Assembly: GCA_963775425.1 (NCBI GenBank)
Contig: CAVZJB010000003.1
Location: 288,001 to 352,000 of the forward strand
Length of the DNA: 64,000 nucleotides
DNA from: an uncultured delta proteobacterium
Lineage (GTDB): Bacteria; Myxococcota; UBA727; VGSZ01
Reading direction: 5' to 3'
Position 1 is the first letter of the stretch. Every line of letters begins with the position of its first letter. Positions 1 to 9,691 of this stretch are shown here, piece after piece. The position numbers and the translations under genes are program-made. Below the pieces are notes generated by a model. The model ran no database searches. It was not told the DNA's origin and was given only the letters and a program-made list of their open reading frames with translations.

Positions 1-1397
1 CCGTGCGCAACCTCGAGAGCACGCCCGAGAAGCTCCGCACCATGCTCGAGCACGACGACCGCGCGGCCGAGCTGTTCTGGAAGGTCACCGCCGCCACCGT
101 CTGCTACGCCGGCAACCGCCTCGGCGAGATCGCCGACGACATCGTCAACATCGACAACGCCATGAAGTGGGGCTTCATGCACGAGGTCGGGCCCTTCGAG
201 ACCTGGGACGCCATGGGCGTGCGCAAGACGGTGGAGAAGATGCGCGCCGGGGGCTTCCAGATCCCCAAGTGGGTCGAGGACATGCTCGCCCAGGGGCGCG
301 AGAGCTTCTACTCGGTGGACGCCCACGGCGTGCGCTCGTTTTGGGATCCGCGCGTCAACAAGCCCGTCGTCATCGACGAGGGGCCCCGCGTCATGTCGTT
401 CGCGCTGCTCAAGGCCGACAAGGAGCGCATCGTCAATGACGCCTTCGGCACCACGCTCGTGGACCTCGGCGACGGCATCCTCGCGTGCGAGTTCCACACC
501 AAGCTGAACGCCGTCGACGACGAGATCGTCAACGGGCTCAACGCGGCCATGGACCTGTGCGAGTCCGGCAAGTACCAGGCGCTCGTCCTCGCCAACGACG
601 GCCGCAACTTCTCCGCGGGCGCCAACATCCTCCTGCTCGCCCTCGCCGCGCGCGAGAAGCAGTTCGACCAGATCGAGCAGATGGTGAAGGCGTTCCAGGA
701 CGTCTGCGTGCGGCTCAAGTACTCGTCCATCCCGACGGTGGCGGCGCCCTTCGACCTCACCCTCGGCGGCGGCGCCGAGATGGCCATGTGGTGCAACCGC
801 ATCCGCGCGCACGCCGAGCTCTACATGGGCCTCGTCGAGGTGGGCGTCGGCCTCTTGCCCGGCGGCGGCGGCAACATCGAGATGCTCGCCCGTACGCTCG
901 AGGGCGCCGTCGACGACCCCACCTTCCCCACCGAGCAGATGATCCGCCGCGCGCTCGAGACTGTGGCGATGGCCAAGGTGGCGACGTCGGCGGAGGAGGC
1001 GCGGGAGCTCATGTTCCTCGCGCCGGCCGACGGCGTCTCGCTCAACCGGCGCCACGTGCTGGCGGCGGCCAAGGCGGAGGCGCGCGGCATGGCCGAGGCC
1101 GGCTTCACGCCGCCCCGGCGGCGCACGTTCCGGCTGCCGGGCAAGGGCGCGTGGGCGACGTTCGAGATGGCCCTCGGCTCCATGCGCGACGGCCACTTCA
1201 TCTCGGAGCACGACCTCAAGATCGCCCTGAAGGTCGCGCGCGTGATGACCGGCGGCGACACGTCACCCCGGGTCCGGGTCACGGAGCAGCACCTGCTCGA
1301 CCTCGAGCGCGAGGCGTTCCTGTCGCTGTGCGGCGAGGAGAAGACCCAGGCCCGCATCGCGCACATGCTCGAGACCAACAAGCCGCTGCGCAACTGA
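1..1397 (+). CDS. fadN: 3-hydroxyacyl-CoA dehydrogenase / enoyl-CoA hydratase (FadN-type), 5' end outside the window
   Basis: IDNAMKWGF..GPFETWD (HCDH C-terminal domain); crotonase motifs NFSAGAN, LGGGAE, GLVEVGVGLLPGGGG; typical FadN end LEREAFLSLCGEEKTQARIAHMLETNKPLRN; thiolase directly downstream. Confidence 0.9.
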   Translation, partial: VRNLESTPEKLRTMLEHDDRAAELFWKVTAATVCYAGNRLGEIADDIVNIDNAMKWGFMHEVGPFETWDAMGVRKTVEKMRAGGFQIPKWVEDMLAQGRESFYSVDAHGVRSFWDPRVNKPVVIDEGPRVMSFALLKADKERIVNDAFGTTLVDLGDGILACEFHTKLNAVDDEIVNGLNAAMDLCESGKYQALVLANDGRNFSAGANILLLALAAREKQFDQIEQMVKAFQDVCVRLKYSSIPTVAAPFDLTLGGGAEMAMWCNRIRAHAELYMGLVEVGVGLLPGGGGNIEMLARTLEGAVDDPTFPTEQMIRRALETVAMAKVATSAEEARELMFLAPADGVSLNRRHVLAAAKAEARGMAEAGFTPPRRRTFRLPGKGAWATFEMALGSMRDGHFISEHDLKIALKVARVMTGGDTSPRVRVTEQHLLDLEREAFLSLCGEEKTQARIAHMLETNKPLRN

Positions 1398-1488
1398 GCC
1401 CGGGCGCCGTCGGGATCGAGGATGTGGGGGCATGTGTTGCCGGCGCGCACGCCGGCGGCGCGCCCGACGCAGCGGTTTCGACGCCCGG

Positions 1489-1522
1489 CGCGCGGGATTG
1501 ACACGAAAGTCAATCCCGCGCG
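1489..1522. promoter_or_regulatory. Perfect 14-bp inverted repeat CGCGCGGGATTGAC-acgaaa-GTCAATCCCGCGCG containing TTGACA (1498-1503); candidate operator or RNA hairpin
   Basis: Arms 1489-1502 and 1509-1522 are exact reverse complements; lies in the fadN-fadA intergenic gap. Confidence 0.55.
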
Positions 1523-1588
1523 GCGGCGACGCCTTCGACGTCGACGGCACGCCTTGTCCGCGAGCGCGACGGCTGCTACCTCGACGGC

Positions 1589-2745
<1,157 letters not shown>

Positions 2746-2749
<4 letters not shown>

Positions 2750-3450
2750 TCGCCGCGCGCGCCGTCGAGGCCGGGCGCCGGCGGCCAGGGAGCACCGGCA
2801 CCCGCGCTGCGGCGCCGTGCATCGCCGCGGCGGCGCTCTGCGTGGCGGCGACCCTGGCGGCGTGCGGCGACGAGGGCCCCTTCGCCGTCGAGGTCGTCGA
2901 CTTCTCGCCCGGTGACGGGGCGGGCTTCGGTCAGGACCGGATGCCCGGCGTGGTGCTCGGTCCGCCCCACGGCGCAGGGGAGACGCAGGGCTCCACCGAC
3001 GTCGTGAGCCTCGGCACCGGCGGCTCCATCACCCTGCGCATGGGGCGCGAGATCGACGACGGCGACGGCGCCGACCTCATCGTGTTCGAAAACGCGTTCA
3101 AGGCGGCGACGGGCGCGCTGTTCGCGGAGCCCGGCGAGGTCGCGGTGAGCGACGACGGCGCGCGCTTCGTCGCCTTCGCCTGCGCGCCCGGCGACCCCGC
3201 GCCCAACGGCTGCGCCGGGTTGGCGCCGGTCCTCGCCGACGGCACGGACGGCACCGACGGCACCGACGGCGTCGGCGTCGACGCGACCAACCCGGCCGTC
3301 GCCGGCGGCGACGCGTTCGACCTCGCCGACATCGGCGTCGCCCGCGCGCGCTTCGTGCGCATCAGCGATCGCGGGTCGGGCGGCGCGCCGCCGTCGGCGG
3401 GCTTCGACCTCGACGCGGTCGCGGTCGCGACGCACGAAGCGCCGCCGTAG
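2746..3450 (+). CDS. Putative cell-surface lipoprotein
   Basis: GTG start overlaps fadA stop (GTGA); lipobox LAAC; [22 protein letters not shown] and GFDLDAV motifs resemble myxobacterial/leptospiral surface lipoproteins; DGT tripeptide repeat. Confidence 0.6.
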
Positions 3451-3479
3451 GGCGGGTGGCCCGAGGGGTCGCAGGCAGG

Positions 3480-4319
3480 CTACGGCAGCGTCTTCGGGGC
3501 AGGGCGGAAGGTGGCCGCCATGGACGGGTTTGGTCCGTCCCCCTCGAGCGTGAGCTCGACGGTGGCCGTGTCCCCTTCGAGGCGCGTGAGGCGCGAAGAC
3601 ATGCGCCAGCTCTTGTCGCCGAGGGTGAACACCACGGAGTGTCCGGTGGCGCTCCACTTGCCGCGGAAGTGGCTGGGCTTTCCCTCGAGGAGCGGATCAA
3701 AGCGATAGGTGAAGGTGCCGTCGACGTTGAAGGTGAGCGTGCGCTGCGGCGCGCTCGGGTCGTCGAGCCAGCGGTGCAGGAGGCGCTTCTCGGGCGTGTT
3801 GAGCGCGCGCAGGCCGGCGGCGACCGAGGCGCCGGTCATCGTGGAGTTGTTGTGCTTGAGCACGAGCTCGCTGATGCACAGCGGCGCGTCGGGCGTGGCG
3901 CCGTCGTAGCTGTTGGGGAAGTCGACGACGATGCGGGTGCCGTGCGCCGGCGGCGACAGCTCCAGCGTCTGCATCTCCGCCTTGTCCTTGAACCGCGCCT
4001 CCACGCGGTGCTTGAGGTCGCCGAGGATGACGACGCGCGCGCGCTTGGTCGAGGTGTCGAGCGCCGTTCCCTTGAGCCGGCCGACGATGAGCCCGATGTG
4101 CGTGATGGTGACCGGTTGGTCGAACCCGAAGCTCAGGAACGGGCTGCGGTCCGACTTCTTCGCGCACCACGCCGTCGTGTCCTTGCCGTCTGCGGCGTTG
4201 TAGGCGTTGGTGGCGGGTTTGCCGTCGTCGAGCTCCGACGAGGCCTCGATGAAGCCGACATCTTCGGCCCACGCGGGAGCCGACGTTGCCACGGCGAGCG
4301 CGACGGCGAGCCACCTCAT
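3480..4319 (-). CDS. Secreted protein with discoidin/F5-8-type-C-like (galactose-binding fold) domain
   Basis: Signal peptide [18 protein letters not shown]; ASS...[14 protein letters not shown] and LCISEL discoidin-like signature; start reassigned to ATG at 4319. Confidence 0.65.
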   Translation of the reverse strand: MRWLAVALAVATSAPAWAEDVGFIEASSELDDGKPATNAYNAADGKDTTAWCAKKSDRSPFLSFGFDQPVTITHIGLIVGRLKGTALDTSTKRARVVILGDLKHRVEARFKDKAEMQTLELSPPAHGTRIVVDFPNSYDGATPDAPLCISELVLKHNNSTMTGASVAAGLRALNTPEKRLLHRWLDDPSAPQRTLTFNVDGTFTYRFDPLLEGKPSHFRGKWSATGHSVVFTLGDKSWRMSSRLTRLEGDTATVELTLEGDGPNPSMAATFRPAPKTLP

Positions 4320-4425
4320 GACTCTCTGTGTACGCCGTCGAGCCGGAAAGGGCCAGAGAGCTGCCCGAAGCTCGGTTGACGACGCGGCGTCGTCGGGGCA
4401 CGTGTGTCCCCTCGGAGGGATTCCC

Positions 4426-6015
4426 ATGCGCGTTCTGACGGTCGTCACCGCCCTGTTCTTCATCGCCGCGTGCGACACCGGCCCCAAGCCGGGCGAGGAA
4501 GCGGTGTACTGGACCAAGAAGCTCAACACCGAGTCCGAGCTGACCAAGCGGGACGCCGCGCTCAACCACCTCGTCGAGCTCAAGGACAAAAAGGCGCTGC
4601 CGGGTCTGTACGACGCGCTCAAGCAGAAGGGGCCGGCGGCGACGCTGCGGCCCAAGGTCGCCGAGCTCATCGGCGTCATCGGGGACGACACCTCCGTCCA
4701 GCCGCTCCTCGACGGCATCGATTGGGCCGCCGGCGCCGGCGGCCGCGACAAGGAGTCTCGCGCCGCCGCCAACACCAACGAGAAGATCGCCAAGGCGCTC
4801 GGCAAGCTCGGCAAGGGCACAGACGACAAGGTGGTCGAAGCGCTCAAGCGCCTGGCGGACAGCAACAGCCAGGACGTGCAGCTCGCCGCCGTCGTCGCGC
4901 TCGGCGACATCCACGCCACCGGCGCGGTCGACAAGCTCATCGAGATCGCCGACGGCCACCCCAACAACTTCATGGTGAAGAACGCCGTGGAGGCGCTCGG
5001 CAAGATCGCCGATCCCAAGGCCGCCACCGTGCTCGGCAAGCTGCTGTTCTTCGAGCGCAACGGCGTGAGCTTCTACCGTGAGGCGAGCTACGCCATGTTC
5101 CTCATCGGCAAGCCCGCGCTGCCCGTCCTCGACTCCATCTACAACAACAAGTTCAAGGAGATCGACGAGCTGCACATCGAGCCCAACGTGCAAAAGACCA
5201 AGGCCATCGTGGTCTACGGCGACCTCGCCGACCCGTCCACGTTCAAGAAGATCGTCGCCGACGTCGACGAGAGGGGCAATGACACCGCCACCGGCCTCTT
5301 GCGCATCGAGGCGTCGCGCGCCGCGGGCCGCATCGGGCTCAAGGACGCGGTGCCCGGCTTGAAGAACCGCTACGACAACGTCGACATCTCGCAGTCGGAG
5401 CACGCGCTCGCCGCGCTCGTGCAGATCGGCGTCAAGAGCATGGCCGACGACATCTACGACATCGCCACGTTCGACGGCTACGTCAAGAACTGCAAGAAGC
5501 AAGGGAACCCGGAGGACCAGTGCAAGTTCTCCGCGGTGCAGATCCGCAAGCCGCGCGTCCTCGCCTACTCGCGGCTGTCGTCGGACAAGCCCAAGATGGA
5601 CGCCCTCGTCAACGACGAGAAGAACGCCGACTTCAAGAAGTGGATCGGTGAGCAGGCCGAGCGCGTGAACGCCGCGGCCGAGTGCAAGGAAGACCTCAAG
5701 TGCTGGCAGGGCAAGCTGAAGGACAAGAGCGCGCGCGTGCGCGAGCGCGCGGCCTACGAGCTCGCGTGGATGGCCTCGGGCTCCGGCGCGCAGGCCGACA
5801 CCGCCCGCGACGCCCTGTACGCCGCCCTCAAGGACGACGACAACGAGGTGCGCTACGCCGCCATCATCGGCGTCGGCCGCAACCTGCCCAAGAACGGCGC
5901 CGCGGTCGCGGATCAGATCCAGAAGCAGCTCGACGAAGAGAAGGGCAAGACCCAGTTCATTCGCGTGAACGAGGACCTCAAGCGCCTCGAGGTCCGCGTC
6001 CGCCGCGGTGCCTGA
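4426..6015 (+). CDS. HEAT/PBS-lyase-repeat lipoprotein
   Basis: GGAGG RBS before ATG 4426; lipobox IAAC; repeated helical motifs (AVVALGDI, AVEALGKI, VRERAAYEL, VRYAAIIGV); Lys-rich codon style of core genes. Confidence 0.75.
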   Translation: MRVLTVVTALFFIAACDTGPKPGEEAVYWTKKLNTESELTKRDAALNHLVELKDKKALPGLYDALKQKGPAATLRPKVAELIGVIGDDTSVQPLLDGIDWAAGAGGRDKESRAAANTNEKIAKALGKLGKGTDDKVVEALKRLADSNSQDVQLAAVVALGDIHATGAVDKLIEIADGHPNNFMVKNAVEALGKIADPKAATVLGKLLFFERNGVSFYREASYAMFLIGKPALPVLDSIYNNKFKEIDELHIEPNVQKTKAIVVYGDLADPSTFKKIVADVDERGNDTATGLLRIEASRAAGRIGLKDAVPGLKNRYDNVDISQSEHALAALVQIGVKSMADDIYDIATFDGYVKNCKKQGNPEDQCKFSAVQIRKPRVLAYSRLSSDKPKMDALVNDEKNADFKKWIGEQAERVNAAAECKEDLKCWQGKLKDKSARVRERAAYELAWMASGSGAQADTARDALYAALKDDDNEVRYAAIIGVGRNLPKNGAAVADQIQKQLDEEKGKTQFIRVNEDLKRLEVRVRRGA

Positions 6016-6390
6016 GTGGCGGAGCCCGTTCGCTTTCTCTTCGTCGACGACGAGCAACCCATCCTGAGCGTCCTGGCGCGCGCGCTCAAGAACGAGGGTT
6101 TCGAGCTTCACTTCACCGCGGACGCCCGGCTCGCGCTCGACATCGTGCGCGAGCGGGACATCGAAGCCGTCGTCTGCGATCACCTGATGCCGGGGATGAA
6201 GGGCACCGACCTCCTCGCGTTGGTGCGGGACACCCACGTGCACGTGGTGCGCGTCCTGGTGTCGGGCTCGCCGGAGCGGCCGGTGGTGGACGCGCGCACC
6301 ATCGACAAGCCGTGGCACCTGACGCAGCTCAAGGCGCTCCTGCACGAGGTGGAGGCCGAGGTGCTCGCGCGCCGGGCGGACCGACGATAA
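6016..6390 (+). CDS. Single-domain response regulator (receiver)
   Basis: FLFVDDE, CDHLMPGMKG (phospho-Asp), VSG, DKPW. Confidence 0.85.
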   Translation: MAEPVRFLFVDDEQPILSVLARALKNEGFELHFTADARLALDIVRERDIEAVVCDHLMPGMKGTDLLALVRDTHVHVVRVLVSGSPERPVVDARTIDKPWHLTQLKALLHEVEAEVLARRADRR

Positions 6391-6399
6391 AACGCCTGG

Positions 6400-8502
6400 A
6401 TGAACGCGCTCTACGACTTCGCCAAGGCGGGCGGCTTGCCGCCTTTCTCTTCGATCACGCCGGACCAGGTGGTGCCCGCCGTCCGCAAGCTCCTCGAGGA
6501 GATGGCGGCCGCGCGCGGGTCGCTCGAGGCGCGGGTGGAGCCCACGTGGGCGAGCGCGGTGGAGGCGGTGGCGGACCTGGTGGAGCCGATGGAGCGCGCG
6601 TGGGGCGTCGTCAGCCACCTGAACGCCGTGAAGAACGCGCCGGCGTTGCGCGAGGCCCACCAGACGGCGCAGCCGGAAGTGGTGGCGGCGTTCCTGTCCC
6701 TGGCGCAGTCGGAGCCGCTCTTTCAGGCGCTCGAGGCGCTGCAGGGCTCGCCTGAGCACGAGCGGCTGCCCGCGGGCAGGAAGCGCATCCTCGAAAAGAA
6801 GATCCTCGACGCCAAGCTCTCCGGCATCGCGCTCCCGCCCGCCGAGCGCGAGCGCTTCACGGCCATCGAGCAGGAGCTGAGCGAGCTCGGCACCAGGTTC
6901 CAAAACCACGTGCTCGACGCCACCAAGGCGTGGCAGGTGACGCTCACGGCGGCGTCCGAGGTGGAGGGGCTGCCGCCGAGCGCGCTGGCGATGGCGTCGG
7001 CGGCAGCGCGCGCCGCGGGTCACCCGTCGTCCACGCCGGAGGCGGGGCCGTGGCGATTCACGCTCGACTACCCGAGCTTCGATCCGGTGATGCGCTACGC
7101 CGTGCGACGCGAGCTGCGCGAGAAGATGTACCGCGCGTACGTCACGCGCGCCTCCGAGCTCGACGCCGGCGCGCCCGATCCCGACGGCGGCGAGGGCCGC
7201 GACAATCGCGCGCTCATCGATCGCATCCTCGAGCTGCGGCGGGACAAGGCGAAGGTCCTCGGCTTCGCCACGTACGCCGAGCTGTCGTTGGCAACCAAGA
7301 TGGCGCCGTCCGTCGACGAGGTGGAGCGGCTCCTCGGCGAGCTCCTGCGCGCGTCGCGCCCTGCGGCGGAGAAGGAGCTGGCGGAGCTGAAGGTGCTCGC
7401 CGCGCAGATGGGCAAGCAGGCCGACGTCGCCCATTGGGACGTGCCCTTCTACGCCGAGCGCCTGCGCGAGCAGCGCTACGCCTACTCCGAGGAGGAGCTG
7501 CGCCCGTACTTCCCGCTGCCCGTGGTGCTCGACGGCCTCTTCGCCCTCGTCAAACGCCTGTTCGGCGTGGAGGTGCGCGAGGCGGAGGCGCCCCGCTGGC
7601 ACGACGACGTGCGCTTCTTTCGCCTCCACGACGACGGCGGCGCCCACGTCGCCTCGTTCTATCTCGATCCCTACGCGCGGCCCGCGGAGAAGCGCGGCGG
7701 CGCGTGGATGGACGACTGCATCACCCGCCGGCGCATGCAAAAGGGCGTCCGCGAGCCCGTCGCGTACCTGTGCTGCAACGGCAGCCCTCCCGTCGACGGC
7801 AAGCCCTCGCTGATGACCTTCCGCGAGGTGGAGACGCTCTTTCACGAGTTCGGCCACGGCCTGCAGCACATGCTCACGCGCGTGGACGACGTCGACGCCA
7901 GCGGCATCCGCGGCGTGGAGTGGGACGCCGTGGAGCTGCCGAGCCAGTTCATGGAGAACTGGTGCACGCACAAAGAGACGCTCATCGGCATGTCCAAGCA
8001 CGTCGACACCGGCGCGCCCTTGCCGGTGGAGCTGTTCGAGAAGGTGAAGGCCGCGAAGACCTTCCGCGCGGCGAGCCAGATGCTCCGCCAGATCCAATTC
8101 GCGCGCGTCGACCTCGAGCTGCACCACGGCTATGGGCCGGGCAAGGGCAGCGTCTTCGACGTCAACAAGCGCATCGCCGGCGAGGTGCTCTTGATGCCGC
8201 CGCTGCCGGAGGACCGCTTCCTCTGCAGCTTCAGCCACATCTTCGCCGGCGGCTACGCGGCCGGCTACTACAGCTACAAGTGGGCCGAGGTCCTGTCGGC
8301 CGACGCCTACGGCGCCTTCGAGGAGGCCGGGCTCGACGACGACAAGAAGCTCGCCGACACCGGCAAGCGCTTCCGCGAGACCGTGCTCGCCCTGGGCGGT
8401 AGCGTGCACCCGCTCGAGGTGTTCCGCGCCTTCCGCGGCCGCGACCCCTCCACCGAGGCGCTCTTGCGCCACGCGGGCCTGAAGGCGGCCTCCGTGGGGT
8501 GA
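6400..8502 (+). CDS. prlC: Oligopeptidase A (M3 family)
   Basis: KRGGAWMD, FHEFGHGLQH zinc motif, VEWDAVELPSQFMENW, FSHIFAGGYAAGYYSYKWAEVL. Confidence 0.95.
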   Translation: MNALYDFAKAGGLPPFSSITPDQVVPAVRKLLEEMAAARGSLEARVEPTWASAVEAVADLVEPMERAWGVVSHLNAVKNAPALREAHQTAQPEVVAAFLSLAQSEPLFQALEALQGSPEHERLPAGRKRILEKKILDAKLSGIALPPAERERFTAIEQELSELGTRFQNHVLDATKAWQVTLTAASEVEGLPPSALAMASAAARAAGHPSSTPEAGPWRFTLDYPSFDPVMRYAVRRELREKMYRAYVTRASELDAGAPDPDGGEGRDNRALIDRILELRRDKAKVLGFATYAELSLATKMAPSVDEVERLLGELLRASRPAAEKELAELKVLAAQMGKQADVAHWDVPFYAERLREQRYAYSEEELRPYFPLPVVLDGLFALVKRLFGVEVREAEAPRWHDDVRFFRLHDDGGAHVASFYLDPYARPAEKRGGAWMDDCITRRRMQKGVREPVAYLCCNGSPPVDGKPSLMTFREVETLFHEFGHGLQHMLTRVDDVDASGIRGVEWDAVELPSQFMENWCTHKETLIGMSKHVDTGAPLPVELFEKVKAAKTFRAASQMLRQIQFARVDLELHHGYGPGKGSVFDVNKRIAGEVLLMPPLPEDRFLCSFSHIFAGGYAAGYYSYKWAEVLSADAYGAFEEAGLDDDKKLADTGKRFRETVLALGGSVHPLEVFRAFRGRDPSTEALLRHAGLKAASVG

Positions 8503-8724
8503 GGCCGACGGGGCGGGCCGCCGCGCGGCGGCGCCGGGCGGCCGTGCGGCGCCGCTTGCCGAGCGGATGCGTCGTCCCTACATCGAGTTTGGCGCTCGTC
8601 TCCCCACGGGTGCTCGCTGCCGCGCGTCCGGGCGCCCCCTCCCGGCGCGCGGCGGTGTTTTCTCCCGGCCACGCGGCCGCTCTTCGTGCGTCCAGCGCAA
8701 CAGATCGCGCGCGCGCGCAACGGC

Positions 8725-9447
8725 TCAGGAAGGGGACAGGCCGACGGCGGCGGCGACGGCGTCTTTGTACGCGAGCCAGCCGTCGAGGACGGCCCGCATG
8801 GATTCGAGCACGCGCGGGCGCGCTGCATCGTCGATGTGGTCGAGCACCGTGCGCCACGCGGCGGCCCGGTGGCCGCCCTCCACGTCGCGATGGATGCGGG
8901 GCAGGGCCAGCGCCGCGAGCGGCAGTCCGTAGTGCACGTGCAGCGGGTGCTGCTCCAGCGGCGGCATGGGACGCTTGGGCGCGCCGGGGTCGAGCTCGCC
9001 GCGCTCGTACTGCGTTCCCTCGATGAAGATCGTCGTCACCGCGGCGGCCGCTTCCCAGCCCTGGCCCTGCGTCCATGCGTCGACGGCGTCTCTGAAGCGC
9101 CTCGTGCCGGGGAGGAGCTCGATGGCGTCGAAGCGCTTCATGTCGCAGCCGAAGCCGCGCGGGATCTCGAGGAACAGCACGGGGTGCGGCTTGCCGGCGG
9201 CGATGGCGCCGGTCTCCTCTTCGTAGAGGTTCTCGGCGAGGTCGCGCCGCACCGCTGCGATGGGGCACTGCACATACGCCCGCCCGACGAAGATCGGGAA
9301 GTCGCGGACGAACGAGCCGTACTCCTGCTCGAAGTGGAGGTGCATCTTGTCGCGCGCCACGCCGCCGTGCGCGAACGCGTCGGCCGACCAATGCACCTTC
9401 CGCTCCATCACCTCGAGCAGCGCTTCTCGAAAACCGTCGCGATCCAT
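8725..9447 (-). CDS. Heme-oxygenase-like diiron protein (PqqC/CADD/TenA superfamily)
   Basis: ENLYEEETG..HP, IEG and HRDVEGGH give the E-x6-9-H ... E ... H-x3-D/E-x2-H ligand pattern; start may be 9471. Confidence 0.75.
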   Translation of the reverse strand: MDRDGFREALLEVMERKVHWSADAFAHGGVARDKMHLHFEQEYGSFVRDFPIFVGRAYVQCPIAAVRRDLAENLYEEETGAIAAGKPHPVLFLEIPRGFGCDMKRFDAIELLPGTRRFRDAVDAWTQGQGWEAAAAVTTIFIEGTQYERGELDPGAPKRPMPPLEQHPLHVHYGLPLAALALPRIHRDVEGGHRAAAWRTVLDHIDDAARPRVLESMRAVLDGWLAYKDAVAAAVGLSPS

Positions 9448-9553
9448 GTCTTGCCAGCATTGCGTCGGCACACCCCGCGCGCAAATTCGGTGCGCGCGCC
9501 GTCACTCGTCGCACACGTCGCGACGCTGGCCGCGCAGTGGCACGAGGCGTGCT

Positions 9554-9600
9554 TTCGGTTCGGTTCGTGTCGTGTTGTGTCGTGTGGCGTTGTGTTGTGC
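9554..9600. repeat. Degenerate 5-bp tandem repeat (TTCGG/GTCGT/GTTGT, about 9 units)
   Basis: ttcgg ttcgg ttcgt gtcgt gttgt gtcgt gtggc gttgt gttgt in the divergent gap between the diiron gene and arsA. Confidence 0.7.
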
Positions 9601-9691
9601 GCCGGTCCTCGACGGACCCAAGCGCGAGCGGATCGCGCGCCCGCGGAGCGCCCTCCCGCACAGCGGCGCGCGATTCCGCACGGAGTCTCCG

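Noticed and set aside
3697-8472. 1591-aa minus-strand ORF and similar long antisense or alternate-frame ORFs (for example 11598-15239, 23262-25745, 60019-62673)
   Set aside because: They overlap well-supported genes, have no motifs, and are expected from stop-codon scarcity in very GC-rich DNA.
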